From Raillietiella orientalis (taxonomy: Eukaryota): a stretch of 64,000 nt of DNA. The translations under genes were made by a program, and so were the position numbers. Positions 14,063 through 26,800 of the stretch are shown here, in pieces (the first letter of the stretch is position 1; each line of letters starts with the position of its first letter). Where the stretch lies: positions 5,270,001-5,334,000 of the forward strand of contig JAYWIR010000007.1 of NCBI GenBank assembly GCA_036172245.1, read 5' to 3'. The notes under the pieces are model-generated. The model did no database searches, was not told the origin of the DNA, and saw nothing but the letters and a program-made list of their open reading frames with translations.

Positions 14063-15820
14063 TCAAGCTAATGACCTCAGTCTTGGACACGCTCTTTTGA
14101 CAGACGTTTCCTTCACCTTTATTCATCCTCTTCTTCCCCCCTCCCCCCCCACGTGAATTCAGTTCTTTGAATAGAACTGGCATTTCTGATTTCTGCCGAT
14201 ACTCAAAGTTAGGAGAGAGCCGAATGAAGGAAATCGCAAGCTCCATTCGTTTGCATTTCCTTCCAAGCTCTCCCCGTTGATATCTAAAGATTCCATAAAT
14301 TAGTCGATGACGGCCGCTCTCCACACGGCGAGAGGGAAGGTTTGCATCTACATAACCGACAACCAAATTTACATGAGGCAAGCAAAAATATTAACAGCTG
14401 GTTCGCACCACTTCACCGAAGACTCTGATTTTTTTTTTTTTTTTCTTCTGCAACGTGCATTCTGTTTGTGCAAGATGCTTTACATGAATGCACGGCCGAA
14501 ATTGATTATCCACAGATGAGATGATGACCAGTGGATTTCACTATCGGCGGAATTCTATATGGAAACTCGGAGCTACCGGTGGAGCACAGGTCCACCACTC
14601 CTGGCCGAAAGAGGGGAAAAAGAATTGAACTACGAAAATTGAAGCCTTATGGATCTGAGAAGAAGTAAAGGGTGAATATGAAGAGCACTGAAGAATAAAT
14701 TGATTTTCACGGTACTGAAACAGCGGTCACACAAGTATCACCAAGATGCTTGCTTGATGCAAGTCAATGGACAGGTCCAAAACCTCTCGTGGAATCTTAA
14801 GCTCCAACAACGTGGGACTTGAGAAACGCTGGTTATGATGCGGAAGCTGTGAACTTTCGTTTCGTTTTCAAGTCCGTTCTTAAATGATGAACACGGAAAA
14901 ACACTTTCCGGTCGACAGAGATACAGCACATCTTTTCCACAACTCCAAATCGCAGTTATGACCGAATGACGGATCAAGTTGGCACATCACTGCCTGATAT
15001 ACTTCCAAGATCCCCCCCCCCTCCCCCGGTCATGTTAAGCCCCTTTGCCACCGAATTAAAAACACGAATTGCCCCACAATGTTCCTCTATAAAGTAATGA
15101 ACGCCTTCTTCAGGGAAAGTGCAGTTCACAGAAAACTTCACCCTTGCCAACATAATTTCAGTGGTGCTCCCCTCTTTACATGGAAGGGGGTACACATGGA
15201 ATACTACTTGGTCACAGGGGGGGAAAAAATTCCCTGAACAAATGCAAGCCGGTCAAACAGGATGTTGATGACCCACAGAAAAAGACGATATCCAATCAGT
15301 TACTCAAAGTACCGGCTGTGGAAAGCAATAGTAAGGAATCGTTGTATTTCACATAATTTGCCTGATTACTGACATATACTGTTTATCATATTTCATAACA
15401 ACCAATACGTCATGAATCAGTCCAACTGAATTTTTCTTAAGGGAAAGGAAAAACTTTTCCCACTGAATGGACGAAATATGCCAAAAACGAAACAACGAAT
15501 TTGATTACGTCGGGGCCCACTCGTGACGAACCTTACATCCGACTTTCCATCTTTCGCATGTAATAAAATACATGATAGGTGTGAATTTTAGGAATAATTG
15601 AAAACGTTCAATAACATAGAGCTTTTCACCACAAACTATCAAAGCGTACGGATCGGTACATACTCCTAAAGCATATGAAGCCATATAGGATGAACACAAA
15701 ATCTACCGTCTGTGACCCCCCCCCCCCGCAAAAACATCGAATCTAAATTTTAAATGGGACCATTTCGCCAGAAACAACGTCCAATTTACAAAACGCAATT
15801 GACTTTAGGATAATAGTTAC

Positions 15821-18800
15821 CTGTTGCTAGCTTTTAGAGGCAGAAAAGCATGCCATTCTTGCATAAGAGTATTCAAAGAATGACGCAGATCCTCAGAAGA
15901 TATTTTATCAGCTTTTTTGGCTATTTTTTCACCTAAACTCAATGTCTCCGACACAAATCTGGAAGACCAATTTATCCAATTCTGCTGAATGGAAACGTTA
16001 CCTCTGCCTCTCATAAACTAAATCTTTATTACTTTTCCAGTCTTCAACAGCAACCCAAGAGCGAATTTTTTTCAAACGTGTTTGCAGTTGGTGCCACTCA
16101 TGGCATGCCGCCTGATAGCATCTAATGGAAATCAATTAGTAGGCTGAAGAAAGTGGAATCAGGAATATGCAACCTGCTTTGTTCTTCAAAAGTATGTGTA
16201 ATGGCTATCCACTCATCTTCAAGTTTTCCTAGCACATGAGTCAGTTGCTCTAGAGTCCCAGTTTGACAAAATCGCAAACGAGGCCACAGAGATTCCATCA
16301 ATTCTGTAACTTGAGGTTGTACTTCGTTCAGAATTTTGTTCACATCCTAGTTCATCATCTTATGACCAACTTATGACTTTTCGTGCTTACAGTCAACGTA
16401 ATACTCTGCTCCAGAAGATTAACAAATTCCCCTTCAGACCAAGGACCAACAGCCAACTTCTCAGAAGCTCTTTTTATTGTTTCTCTCAATCTTTCAATCT
16501 TCTCAGATTCTTCCCCTATATCCAAAAAAGTGCTGTCAGGGCTATATCTCCCACTAAGACGGATGTGTGAATTGCCAGTTTCTTTCAGTTTCTCCCAAGA
16601 CTTATGCAGTCCCTTCCATTCCATTATCATGTCCTCAGGCAAACATTTGGCTTCTTGCAATTTCTCAAACTTAGTTTCTATATTTGTATGCATACAGCAC
16701 AGCTGTTCCTACAAAACTCAGCTTGAAAACTAAGTTTCAGAAACATATTCACCTTATTTTTCGGTTCACTGCAGACTATTTTCATAGAATACTCTTTAAC
16801 CCACTTCAACAGCTCTGCTAGCTCTTGCAAGGCACGACGATATTCCTCGATATAGGAATCTTTCTCAGGAGCACAGTGAAGTATTTTCTGAAACACACAC
16901 AAATAAAATCCTGTTTCGTGAGTAGATCTTGAAAATTTACTCCTGCTTGAGTTTTCAAATTCTGCCAACGACTTTGAAGTGATTCTAATAATGTTTGGAA
17001 CTGAGTGGCAGCATCAGGATTAACTGCATGCATTTCCAAAACTAAAGTACTTCCCTTGCTGATGCATAGTGGTACATTCAATTCTAAATCATTTATCTGA
17101 GTTTCAAGATTCTGAAATTGTTATGGATTTCTTTTATAAAATTAGACTTATTATTTCCTTACCAAAAGATACTCTTGAGATTCAGCATTTACGCCAATGT
17201 GAAGCAGATATTGCTCCAAAGCATCCAACTGCCGGAAGACATCCAAATACTGTTTGTAGTTTGACATTAGTTCTTGTGCAACTAAACAAGAGACAAGGAG
17301 TTAGTACCACATGTTTCAAATCTGAACACAAGAAGATATGACTCTCACCTGAGCCATCCTCAATGTCACTTGTAATAAAAAAACACAGAGACAGTTTATC
17401 AAAACCAAAAAGAAAGATATTATCTCACCTGGCACGTGACCCTGTTTTTCCAAATAAGACAAACTGAAAACGGGATCTTCTTTTGAGCAACTTTTCCCCT
17501 AGTTCGAAGTAAAAGAATCAGTTATGAAACATGCAGCAAACAAGATACACTTTTAATAAGCAAGCTTTTCAGCCAGAATAAATGCACACAGTCACTTGTC
17601 ATGAATAACATCAACAAAAAGCATGTCCTACATGTATAGATGCACACATTTTATGAGACAGAGAGTGTACCGTGCTTCCTGACAAGAAATTTGATTGCAA
17701 CCCTAGTCATTCAAAACTGATAAGCTACCAAGCACTAAAAGCTTGCAAATGTAAGCACATAAGAAGTATATCTCCTAAAATCATTGAGACATTGCACTAC
17801 CGCCGATCTGAAGGTTTCTTGTGATGAATACATGCATTGCTTACAGCTTCAAATGGCAGTAAACTAACAACTTTGTAAATGAGGGAAAGATCAATGAATG
17901 CATTCTTTGCAAACATGCAGATGCGGTTTATCTCAATGGTTAGACAAAGGTCAGATATCAACTAAATACAGATACAAGAAAAGGAAAGTTTTCTACATAT
18001 GTTAATGCAAACTCACTAAAAACAAATACATACGACAAATGGCAAGAAAATCTAGAATTTTTCTCTGACAAAATAATGCTCCTTACTTTGACATCTTCTT
18101 CGATAGCTAGCCACTTCTCTTGCAAAAGATTCATTATAGACTGGACGATTTTTCTGAGCTCCACATTTTCTTCTAATTTGGACGCCATAGAATAAAGCTG
18201 CTGCATTTTGTTGCTCACAGGCTGCAATTTAAGTTGGAACTTCTTTTGAACTGTGATACTGCTCTATATGTTAAAGATACCTGCAGTCCATGCATGAAAA
18301 CTTGGGAGTTAGATTCTTGAGAGCTTGTAGACCAACCCATCAAAACATTATGTAAGCTGTCTAAACACTTTTCCATATCATGAGAAACCTTCATGAATTG
18401 TTCCAATGTTACCACAGAAGAGGAGAACTGCTGAAGGAATAAGCAATTCTGGAGTATCAAATAAAGTACCTCAGGACAATTGGAAATGTCACCATCTGGC
18501 TGACTAGTATCATCTAGCTGTCTCAACTGAGCTGCAATGTGTGCAATCTGCTTCTTGGTATTTTCAGGGCAGTTTGGACTACATAGATTCAAGAACTGAG
18601 CAAAGCCTGCTTCTATTTGCTTCATCTTCGACATGTATGCATCAAGTTCTGGATCTCCCTGAAAAGAATAAAAGGCACTCATCTAAATAAGATCTACATA
18701 TTGCTAGTTACCTTCTGTGACTTCCTGGTTAATCTACTCTCCAGCCAACTGCTTACATCTTCTAACTGAGAATGATACTTCGAAGACAATTCCAAGCCAT

Positions 18801-21800
18801 GATGCAATATATTAGCTGCACTGTTAAGTTGTTCTGTTAACTGAAGGTAACACTTACAGATGGTAAAGATTTTACGATCAAACTGACCTGTTTTTGCAAT
18901 TCGGTAATCCTTTTCAGGCGTACATTCAGTGTTTCAGGATCTGGATCTTGTCCCTTCTCCAGAATAGTAGGAGCTGCGTTTTGCAAATATTCAATTACTG
19001 AATTAAGGCCATCCAAAGACTTCATGAATTGCTGCTCGAGTTTGGTTGAAAGCTTTCATTTGTGTGCAACAAACCTGACACAAATTTAACTGTCCCTCAA
19101 TACTGTCAAGATCATCAGTAGTAAGTTCCAACAAGATGATTTTGTGCTCAATATCTCGAAGTTGACTGCAAGCTAGATCTAGTTTTGGTTCAAAATCAGC
19201 TGGTTTTTCAAACAGCACTAATTGAGTCCGTATATCACTAAGCATTTCCTGACAAACAATAACAGGGAACATCATTTAGTACTATACTTAAGGAAATCTG
19301 CTTACTTTGAGGGGAGAAAGCTCCTGAAACATACACTGGGCAAGATCGTATTTTTGTTGTCGCTGACTCATTTCTGCCTTGGTTTCCAAAGTAGCTAGCT
19401 TTGCTTCCTGTTCCTGAATATCTTCCAACAATACCTGATCCAGCATTTTTCTGATATTCACTTCAGGTACGTTTTACTATTTACCTCGTATTCTCTTGGT
19501 AAATCCCCAGACAAAAGATCATTGTGGAGCCAGTCAGTCAACTTTGAATGCAAAAACTGAAGATTTTGCTGCAAAGAGAAAAGAGCTGATGTCCACTCTT
19601 CTGCTTCGTTAACTATTGCAAGTAGCTGCTGATGTCTTTGTTCTGTCTGAAGATATTTTATTTTAACTTTTACTGTTTAATGCATACAAATGTTCCTAAC
19701 CTGGTTTTTCAATGCAGGCTGCTTATCTGCAAGTTGTGCAACAGTAAGTTCAAGTTCTTGAGTAGCAATCATACGTTCATTCAGCTGTTTCTGCAAATTC
19801 TGCAAACCATCAAGACTAGAGCCAGCAGAATCCTGCAGCAGAAATTCAATATTCTGGAACATTTCCATGAAAATAGTAACTGGAAACCCCAAGTATCATG
19901 GCTCGCATACATCAAGTTCCTGGCATAATTCTTCTGAACCAAGAGTTTCTGGAAGACTGCGTTGCAAACTTTCTTTTAGACAATCCAACCACTTTTCTTC
20001 TTTGCTCTTTAAATCTGCATTTTCCTTAACTTCTCGGATGGACGTTACTACATCATGCACTTACCAATGAATTCTTGATATAAACACCTAGCAACAGCCA
20101 GCTCATGACGAAGATTAGATAATCTCTGGGTTTCTTTCTTCCAGTCTGCAAGCAAGCATTTTGACTGCTCTACTTTTTCTGCATTGCAAACACCTGAAAC
20201 GAGTGTTCACAAGCTGTGATTCATATTTATGATTTACAGGATTGCACTGCCTCCTCAAATTTATCCTGATCAAAAGTTTCTTGCTCTTTCAATAAAACCT
20301 GGCATTTATCAGACACTAGTTCAATGTCTTGTGGAGAGAAAAACTTAATCTCTGGTGGTACATCTAGCCTGGCTTTACTGAGCCAGTTCTCCAAAATTTG
20401 AAATAATGTGTTGATCTATGGCAACATCAGCATTTCAGCTGTCAGCCTTTCTCACCTCTTGCAGAAAGCCAATCTGCTGGAGAATCTCCTCACACCGACA
20501 ATAAAGTTCATGCCATGAGGCCCTCAAAGAACACAAACTACTTGAAAGGTCAGCTGCATATTCTGATGTTGCACACAGCTTCAGAGCTTCCTCCAAGGCC
20601 TGAATGCTTTCAAATTCATCTTGTTTGGACATGACATCAGACACCAGATGCTAAGAATACTGCCTGTCAAGAAACAGTACATGGTTATGTACCTTATATT
20701 TGGTGATATCTTCGCATGAATGTAACCAGTCAGCAGATAAAGCAGAAGATGGAAGCAACTTATTTTTCTGATCTAACCAAATGCTAAACCTGTTAACTTC
20801 TGATTGAAACTGCTTGATTTTCACTCCTTCTAAAGTACAAAAAAAAATCTCAATTATCTGTCAATTGTAATGATAACTGAATCTTAGAGACTGGAATACA
20901 GAATTGAAACTATGAATTTGCGATCTCACATTAAGTCTCATCATTGAAGGAGTATTTTGAAAAATTTGACAGCACAAAAATCATAAAAACTAAACAATCA
21001 TAGATAACACACATACTTTCCTTTATCTCCTCAACACGATTTTCTAGCTGAAGAGTAACTTCATTCCATGAAGTTATTAATTTCTCCACTAATCTACATT
21101 CTTCACTATCTGCAGTCAAAGTTTTACCTACATTCTGGATACACTGAAACTCTTTTTTCTCTTGCATTTCACTTGCATATTTCTGGCATAAGTAACATAT
21201 TATATCATTGACTAGTATATCAGGAAAGTAAAGTACCTGATACTGGGTAAGTAAGGCATCTATTTCTGCATTCAATAATAAAGGTTGCTGCAAAAACTCT
21301 TTAGCAGAAATAAGGAAGTGCTCCACATTTTCACATGCTTGGATAAATTCCTGAGAGACACTAGTTGATTCAACAGTGAGGCAAATAGACTTCTGCTTCT
21401 GTAAAATGCTGAATTCATAAGGAAATGAATGAAATCTTTTTAAGGAAACTAACCAGGAATTCAAATCATCACATATATTTCTAGAATCCTTTATCTGTTC
21501 TGCAAGTAAACTATACTGTTCACTTTCTTCATCTAGTCTGGATGATGAGCTTTCCAAGTCATCAAGTTTACTTTGGCAATTAGATAAAGTGCTCAAAATC
21601 AACTATGCAAGGAAACTTTCAACACTATATGAAGTAATGCTTATGTCACCTGACATGAACTCCACAAATCTTTACTGTCTGTCATCATGGGTTCCTTGAT
21701 TGACTGCTCACATTCTCTAAGAATACCTCTAATAGATGATAAAGTACTGTAATATCCTTCGACCAAAGCACCCATATGTTTTTTCTTTTCAGTAGACAAA

Positions 21801-24800
21801 GTGTCCATAATTTTGTTTCTAATCTGAAGAATCCCCTGAGCTACAGGATCTGGAAACGTTTTGCCCACATCACATCAACTTATAAAGAATTGAATTCAGC
21901 ACAAAATAATGAGCTTTGAAAAATAATGCTTTATAGATGTTATGATATTCACTACAACTTTGTCTGAAGTGGAAGAACCAAATGCTTGCATGCATCAAAA
22001 CACACAGACCGTAAATCATACATTGAAATGCAATTTTCTATCATATTCTTACTGTATGCCCCTTTGATTGCAACAGCAAACCAAATGTAAAATTTCATGC
22101 AAACCAGAAACCATACATAAGTAGAGTATACATAAGCTGTTTGAATTATTAAATTAAAAAAGAAAGGAGAATTATGAATGTATGAGTCATTGGAAACACT
22201 GAGAGGAGGAAGACAAACTCACCATTACGCTCAGAAATGCTCACAAAATCTCCTTCATGCTCTTCCAATGTTTTCCCAATACTCTGAAAGGAAAGGTCTT
22301 TGTTTACCATAGTCATCAATGTTACTAAACCTGTATTGCTTCCAGTTTTGACTCTACATTAAGCTCTTCATTTTCCATTGCTTCCAAAAGATGACTGTAT
22401 TTTGAATGCACCAACATCTGTAAAGAATTCAGAAGATTCTCCTGAGAAACAGTGATATTGACTTTGCTTTCTTCCTCCTCAAGTAGTGATGGATCCTACA
22501 CAAAAAAGTAAAATACCAGGTAAAAAAGGCACACACGCACACATACACAAAAAGTCATTTAAGAACTTAATTTAAATGGTAACTAAGAATAGGGCAGAAG
22601 TATTCAAATCTTTCATAAACTTCACTAAAATAATGGTTAAAATGATACGAAATTATCTTCTACATTCATTAGATGTAGAGATATTGCAGTTTGACATAAA
22701 AGCATCATTACAAATTTTGAAGAATCATAATGAGCACAACAGATTGAACACTGCATCATTTTTTTTTTTGGCTTTTCAAGTGAAACCATTAGTATACAAA
22801 GCATTAATTTATAAAAGCACAAAGACAATGAAAATACTGACAAGCTATAAATACTGATCAGACAAATTACATAAAAATATAATCAACCTGCTGACTGTGC
22901 TCTGCTTCTTCTTCCTGAATAGATGAAGGCATTGAAAAAATTGGGGAAGTATTACTTTCAATGATTTTAATGAACATCTGTAAAATAGAAAGGAAAAGAA
23001 AGAAATGAAACAAACTAAACCTACAGCATCTGATGATGCATCTGCAATCTCTGAAGTCAAAGTTTTCCACTGATGCAACAGTAACTGGAAATCCTGCTGA
23101 ACTGCTTGCACAGCAGAAGCATATCTTGGGTGTGAAAGCTGAACACACAAATTGTGTAATTTCTGCTCTAGATCTTCCACAATTTTCTCATCAAGGGGAT
23201 TACCGAAATATGCCTAAAATGACATTCTTTCTAGAACCAGTTGAAAATACCAAAACCTGCAAGTTCAGGAGTTGGCTTTTCTCCCCAGCTTTCCATGCCT
23301 CAATATCCCTCAGAGCAGCATATATTCCTTCCTTCCAAATGTGAACATTATTCCAAACAAGCTCTAAATCGGGAAATTCATCTGCCATGTTTTCTGTCCA
23401 CTGACAAATATGATTCCATCGTTCTGCTAATGGAGCTAATTGATCTTGCTGGGACAAAGAGTCTTTTCCTATTCATAAAGAAGAGACCAAACCTTGTAAG
23501 TCAAAACTGATAAGCTACCTTCAATGTCATCATCTGGAAAGATGATCATTGATGCCAATGAATCAACACGAACTTGTGCTTCTTCTACATCTTTCTGTAA
23601 AAGACGAACTTCCTCCACTTGCTTCTGGACTGCTTCCAAGGAACAAGCAGCATCTCCAATGCATGAGATACGATCTTCCATTGCTATCAAATGAGCACGA
23701 AACTGATCCAGTTCTACTTGTTGCAATACAAATAAAGTTTCCTGAATTCTAATCATAAATACTTGATTACATTTGTTGCAAATATGGTCCAAACCTTTTG
23801 CGAGTTTCCTCTGCATGACTTTGAAGTGAATTCCAGTGTTCTTCAATAAGCTGACTTGGAAGATGATATGCTGTCAAACTAGATGGCTGATTAGTTTCTT
23901 GGCCTGTGGACAATTTGGCTGCATCCACTATAGTAACAACATATAACTGACGATCAGCCATCTCTTTTATGATTTGCTAAAATGATGTACAGATCACCCA
24001 AGTACCAGGCATTATATGTCCAAAAGAATAGTGATGTTTGACAACCTACATGACTCCAAACCTCATAGTCATGAGTGAGCCACAGAGAATGCACCTGTCA
24101 AAAAAACTAGAAGCCAAACACTCCCATCCAAATACATGCAACTACTCTTGAATTGAATCATTATTGAAAAATGGAAGCTTGGTTTCTAAACACAGATATT
24201 TTGACAAACAGAACTAACCTCCTGAAGATTAAACTGCTGCAACACTTGATCTAAGCTATCTCCTAATTCATTCAAATTGTTCTGCTTTTCTTCCATTGCC
24301 AATAACCAGGACAAGAGACTTTCTAATGATTTGCTGTAGTTTTCATCATTAACATTCTGCTGGGGACAGATGCCACATGCACCTTGCTTTATCTACAATT
24401 TAGCACTTAACAAGCAAATGACGAGCATATTTCTTACTGTGTCTGATTTATCGCACATAGTAGGTGATGTAACAAAACTGTGACTTGGCCAAGAAAACTG
24501 TGGAAGTTTAGCAAGCATGTAAGTAAAATATGTAATTATTGACAGGGGATCAGCATTGTCCGATAGAAAATCTATTTTTATAAAAAAAAGATGAAATTCA
24601 TATCCACAGAATAAGGATTATTATTTTTTATTGTGTTTCTAACTACCTTCAGCATCTAACAATGGACAAATGTCATACAAAGTGCTCATCTGTTGCAAAA
24701 TACGCTGCCACCTCTCTTTAGGCTGTAGGGAAAGTAAATCAGAAAGATGGAAAACCCCAGAATTGTAATAGTGAAGGACTCTTGAAAAGAGAATGCCATC

Positions 24801-25720
24801 ATTCCAAGTCACAGGAGTCTCATCCAATCCAAGGTAAGTTTGCAGACTAATCAAGGATTCTTTACACAAATCTTCTTCTCTATCAAAGTCGGTATTACAC
24901 TTTGGTAAGTATGGTTTAACCTTGAAAGATACTTAAATTATTTCTGCAATCAATCTATCCAATCATCAACCTGCCAATGTGCAATAATGCTCCAAATGAT
25001 GGCTAAAGTTGCATATGGGGAACCGTCTGCTATGTCTTTGCTAACAATATGAGGCAAAGAAACCTACAGTTATACCTAAAAATTGCTGATATACTTTATT
25101 ATTATCACAAACCTTATGTTTCTGGGAAATCCTAAAAGCTTGGTTGATATTCATCAGATGATGAGGTTTGGTTCTGCCTTTTTCATACCTCTAATATAAA
25201 GAAAGTGACTGCAGAATCTTTTTAATAGTTTGCATAAAAAATGTAATTCTTCGAAAATGCATCAAGCATAAATTAAATTCTGTTTGTTTCTTTTGAAAAA
25301 GACAAACAAACAGAATAACAAATTGAATAATTTCTAAATTTACAAATACATATAAGCTCTCTTCAAAATTAGCAAACTGTTATGGATGCTCAAGTATTAA
25401 ACATAAGCAATGCACTGTTCATTATTACTAAATACCACTTTATTTCCAGTAAAAGTTTCCAGAAGTAATAATAGCTTCACGCCATCTCTTAGGTCTACAA
25501 ACAGGTTCTGTATGGCACCAGCATGCTTCTAGTTATAAAAAGGATCAGTTTCAAAAGTATCATAATGTTTAGGAACCTGGCTAAGGTGTGCATTCATCCA
25601 ATTGGTAAAACACTTTTCACGGGTTCGTGTGTGATCTTCTATGATAGAAAATGAAAGCTTACACATTTATCTACTTCTAGGCATACTTAATGAAACATTG
25701 AAGTCAGGGTTCTGCATCAT
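15821..25720 (-). CDS. DMD: Dystrophin/utrophin-family gene, 5' multi-exon block (tandem CH actin-binding domain plus spectrin-repeat rod); gene continues to lower coordinates
   Basis: Manually spliced peptides match dystrophin motifs in order: REKCFTNWMNAHL, IQNLFVDLRDGVKLLLLLE, EKGRTKPHHLMNINQA, DIADGSPYATLAIIWSIIAHWQ, TWNDGILF...PLLDAE|D, YSKSLESLLSWLLAMEE, LQKDVEEAQVRVDSLASM, LAERWNHICQWTE, FEKPADFEPKL. Introns are short GT-AG, many ~45-60 nt. Start ATG at 25720 or 25717 is a candidate; the frame is open up to a TTTCAG acceptor at 25777. Not all internal exon boundaries were traced. Confidence 0.95.
24438..25638 (-). CDS. DMD: Dystrophin CH1-CH2 exons: 25638-25577, 25528-25436, 25190-25113, 25063-24971, 24920-24647, 24571-24438
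   Basis: Each exon is bounded by AG/GT, phases are mutually compatible, and the joined translation aligns by eye with the dystrophin actin-binding domain, ending ...DPLSIITYFTYMLAKLPQ (compare human DKKSILMYITSLFQVLPQ). Confidence 0.93.
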
Positions 25721-25859
25721 CTGGGGGTTCTTTTCGAAAATTGGATAATTACAATTCAGCGTTAAGGGATCCTGAATCTGAAAGTGACACTTTTAAACAT
25801 AATGCATGACACTTTCTAGAACTAATTCCTTCCCTACTTGGCTTCAAGTGATTTCGTTT

Positions 25860-26800
25860 GAAAGACTGCTACAAGCGACGGTTTACAACATATCGGATTG
25901 TGCATAGCATAGCGTAGAATGCGTAAAAATCACTCGAGACGGTACAAAGTTTACTAACAAACCCTCCCGTCTATATGTTAAACGAGTTTGAATCGTGCAA
26001 GTCCGCGGGGAACTTCTTGCATTCCGCTGTTACCTCGGATCCCTGGATGTTTGCCTTATCTTTCGCAACGAATCAAGGCCAGTTTCTGGCGATCCATACA
26101 TTTGTGGTACACACACAGACGGCTGGGGCTCACGGCTTTTCCCGAGACTCCACGGCTCCCGGTGAAACGACAACTTTTGCCAAGTGGACACACACTGCAT
26201 CCGCTACCGGGTTGCCCGTCCACCTCTCGAAAACGGGAACGCTGCGAACGTTTCCAGCGGGGAGACGGGAGAGTCGTCTACTGCCGGATTCCCGTGGATG
26301 CACGCGAGAGATTCACCGAGAAGGAGCCGTCCGCGCGCCACATCCACGAGGATCCGTCATCCCGCGGGGGCGGGCTTCTGCGAACTGTTCCCGGTCCGGA
26401 GCACGTCCTCCTGCAGGAGCGCGACGACTCCCGCGTTCCCTCCCATCCCTCGTGCGTCCCCCTTCCCGAAACGCATCCCCGAGGAAACGTCGTGGGTGCC
26501 CAGCTTCACTTTCGGAGCCGTTGCCGCGCAGCCCCATCCGGCAACCGACGCATCTGCTCTGCCTCGTCCCGACGCTGCTTCCAGATGCCCGAGGATCCCT
26601 CCAAGGGCTGGAAGCCCGCTCGGTCGCACGTCGCTCGGTCCGCCCGGCAATCTAAATAGAGTGGAACCGGACCATCCACCCGTGGAATGACCACGCTAAA
26701 GTATCTGCACAGGAATAGAGTGCTAAGACTCAACGCAGCGAGCAGTGCCGACGGTGCAGCTCCGGGCAGCTCTCCGGAAACGGCCCTGTCATCCACACTC
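25860..26800 (-). promoter_or_regulatory. CpG-rich segment immediately upstream of dystrophin; likely promoter or 5' region
   Basis: Abrupt switch from almost CpG-free gene body to dense CpG/GC-rich sequence just 5' of the first coding exon. Function is inferred from position only. Confidence 0.45.

Noticed and set aside
17349..17368. 20-nt micro-exon with AG/GTGAGA boundaries in dystrophin
   Set aside because: Inclusion breaks the frame and gives an immediate stop, whereas direct splicing from 17429 to 17281 keeps it. It could only be a poison exon and has no support.
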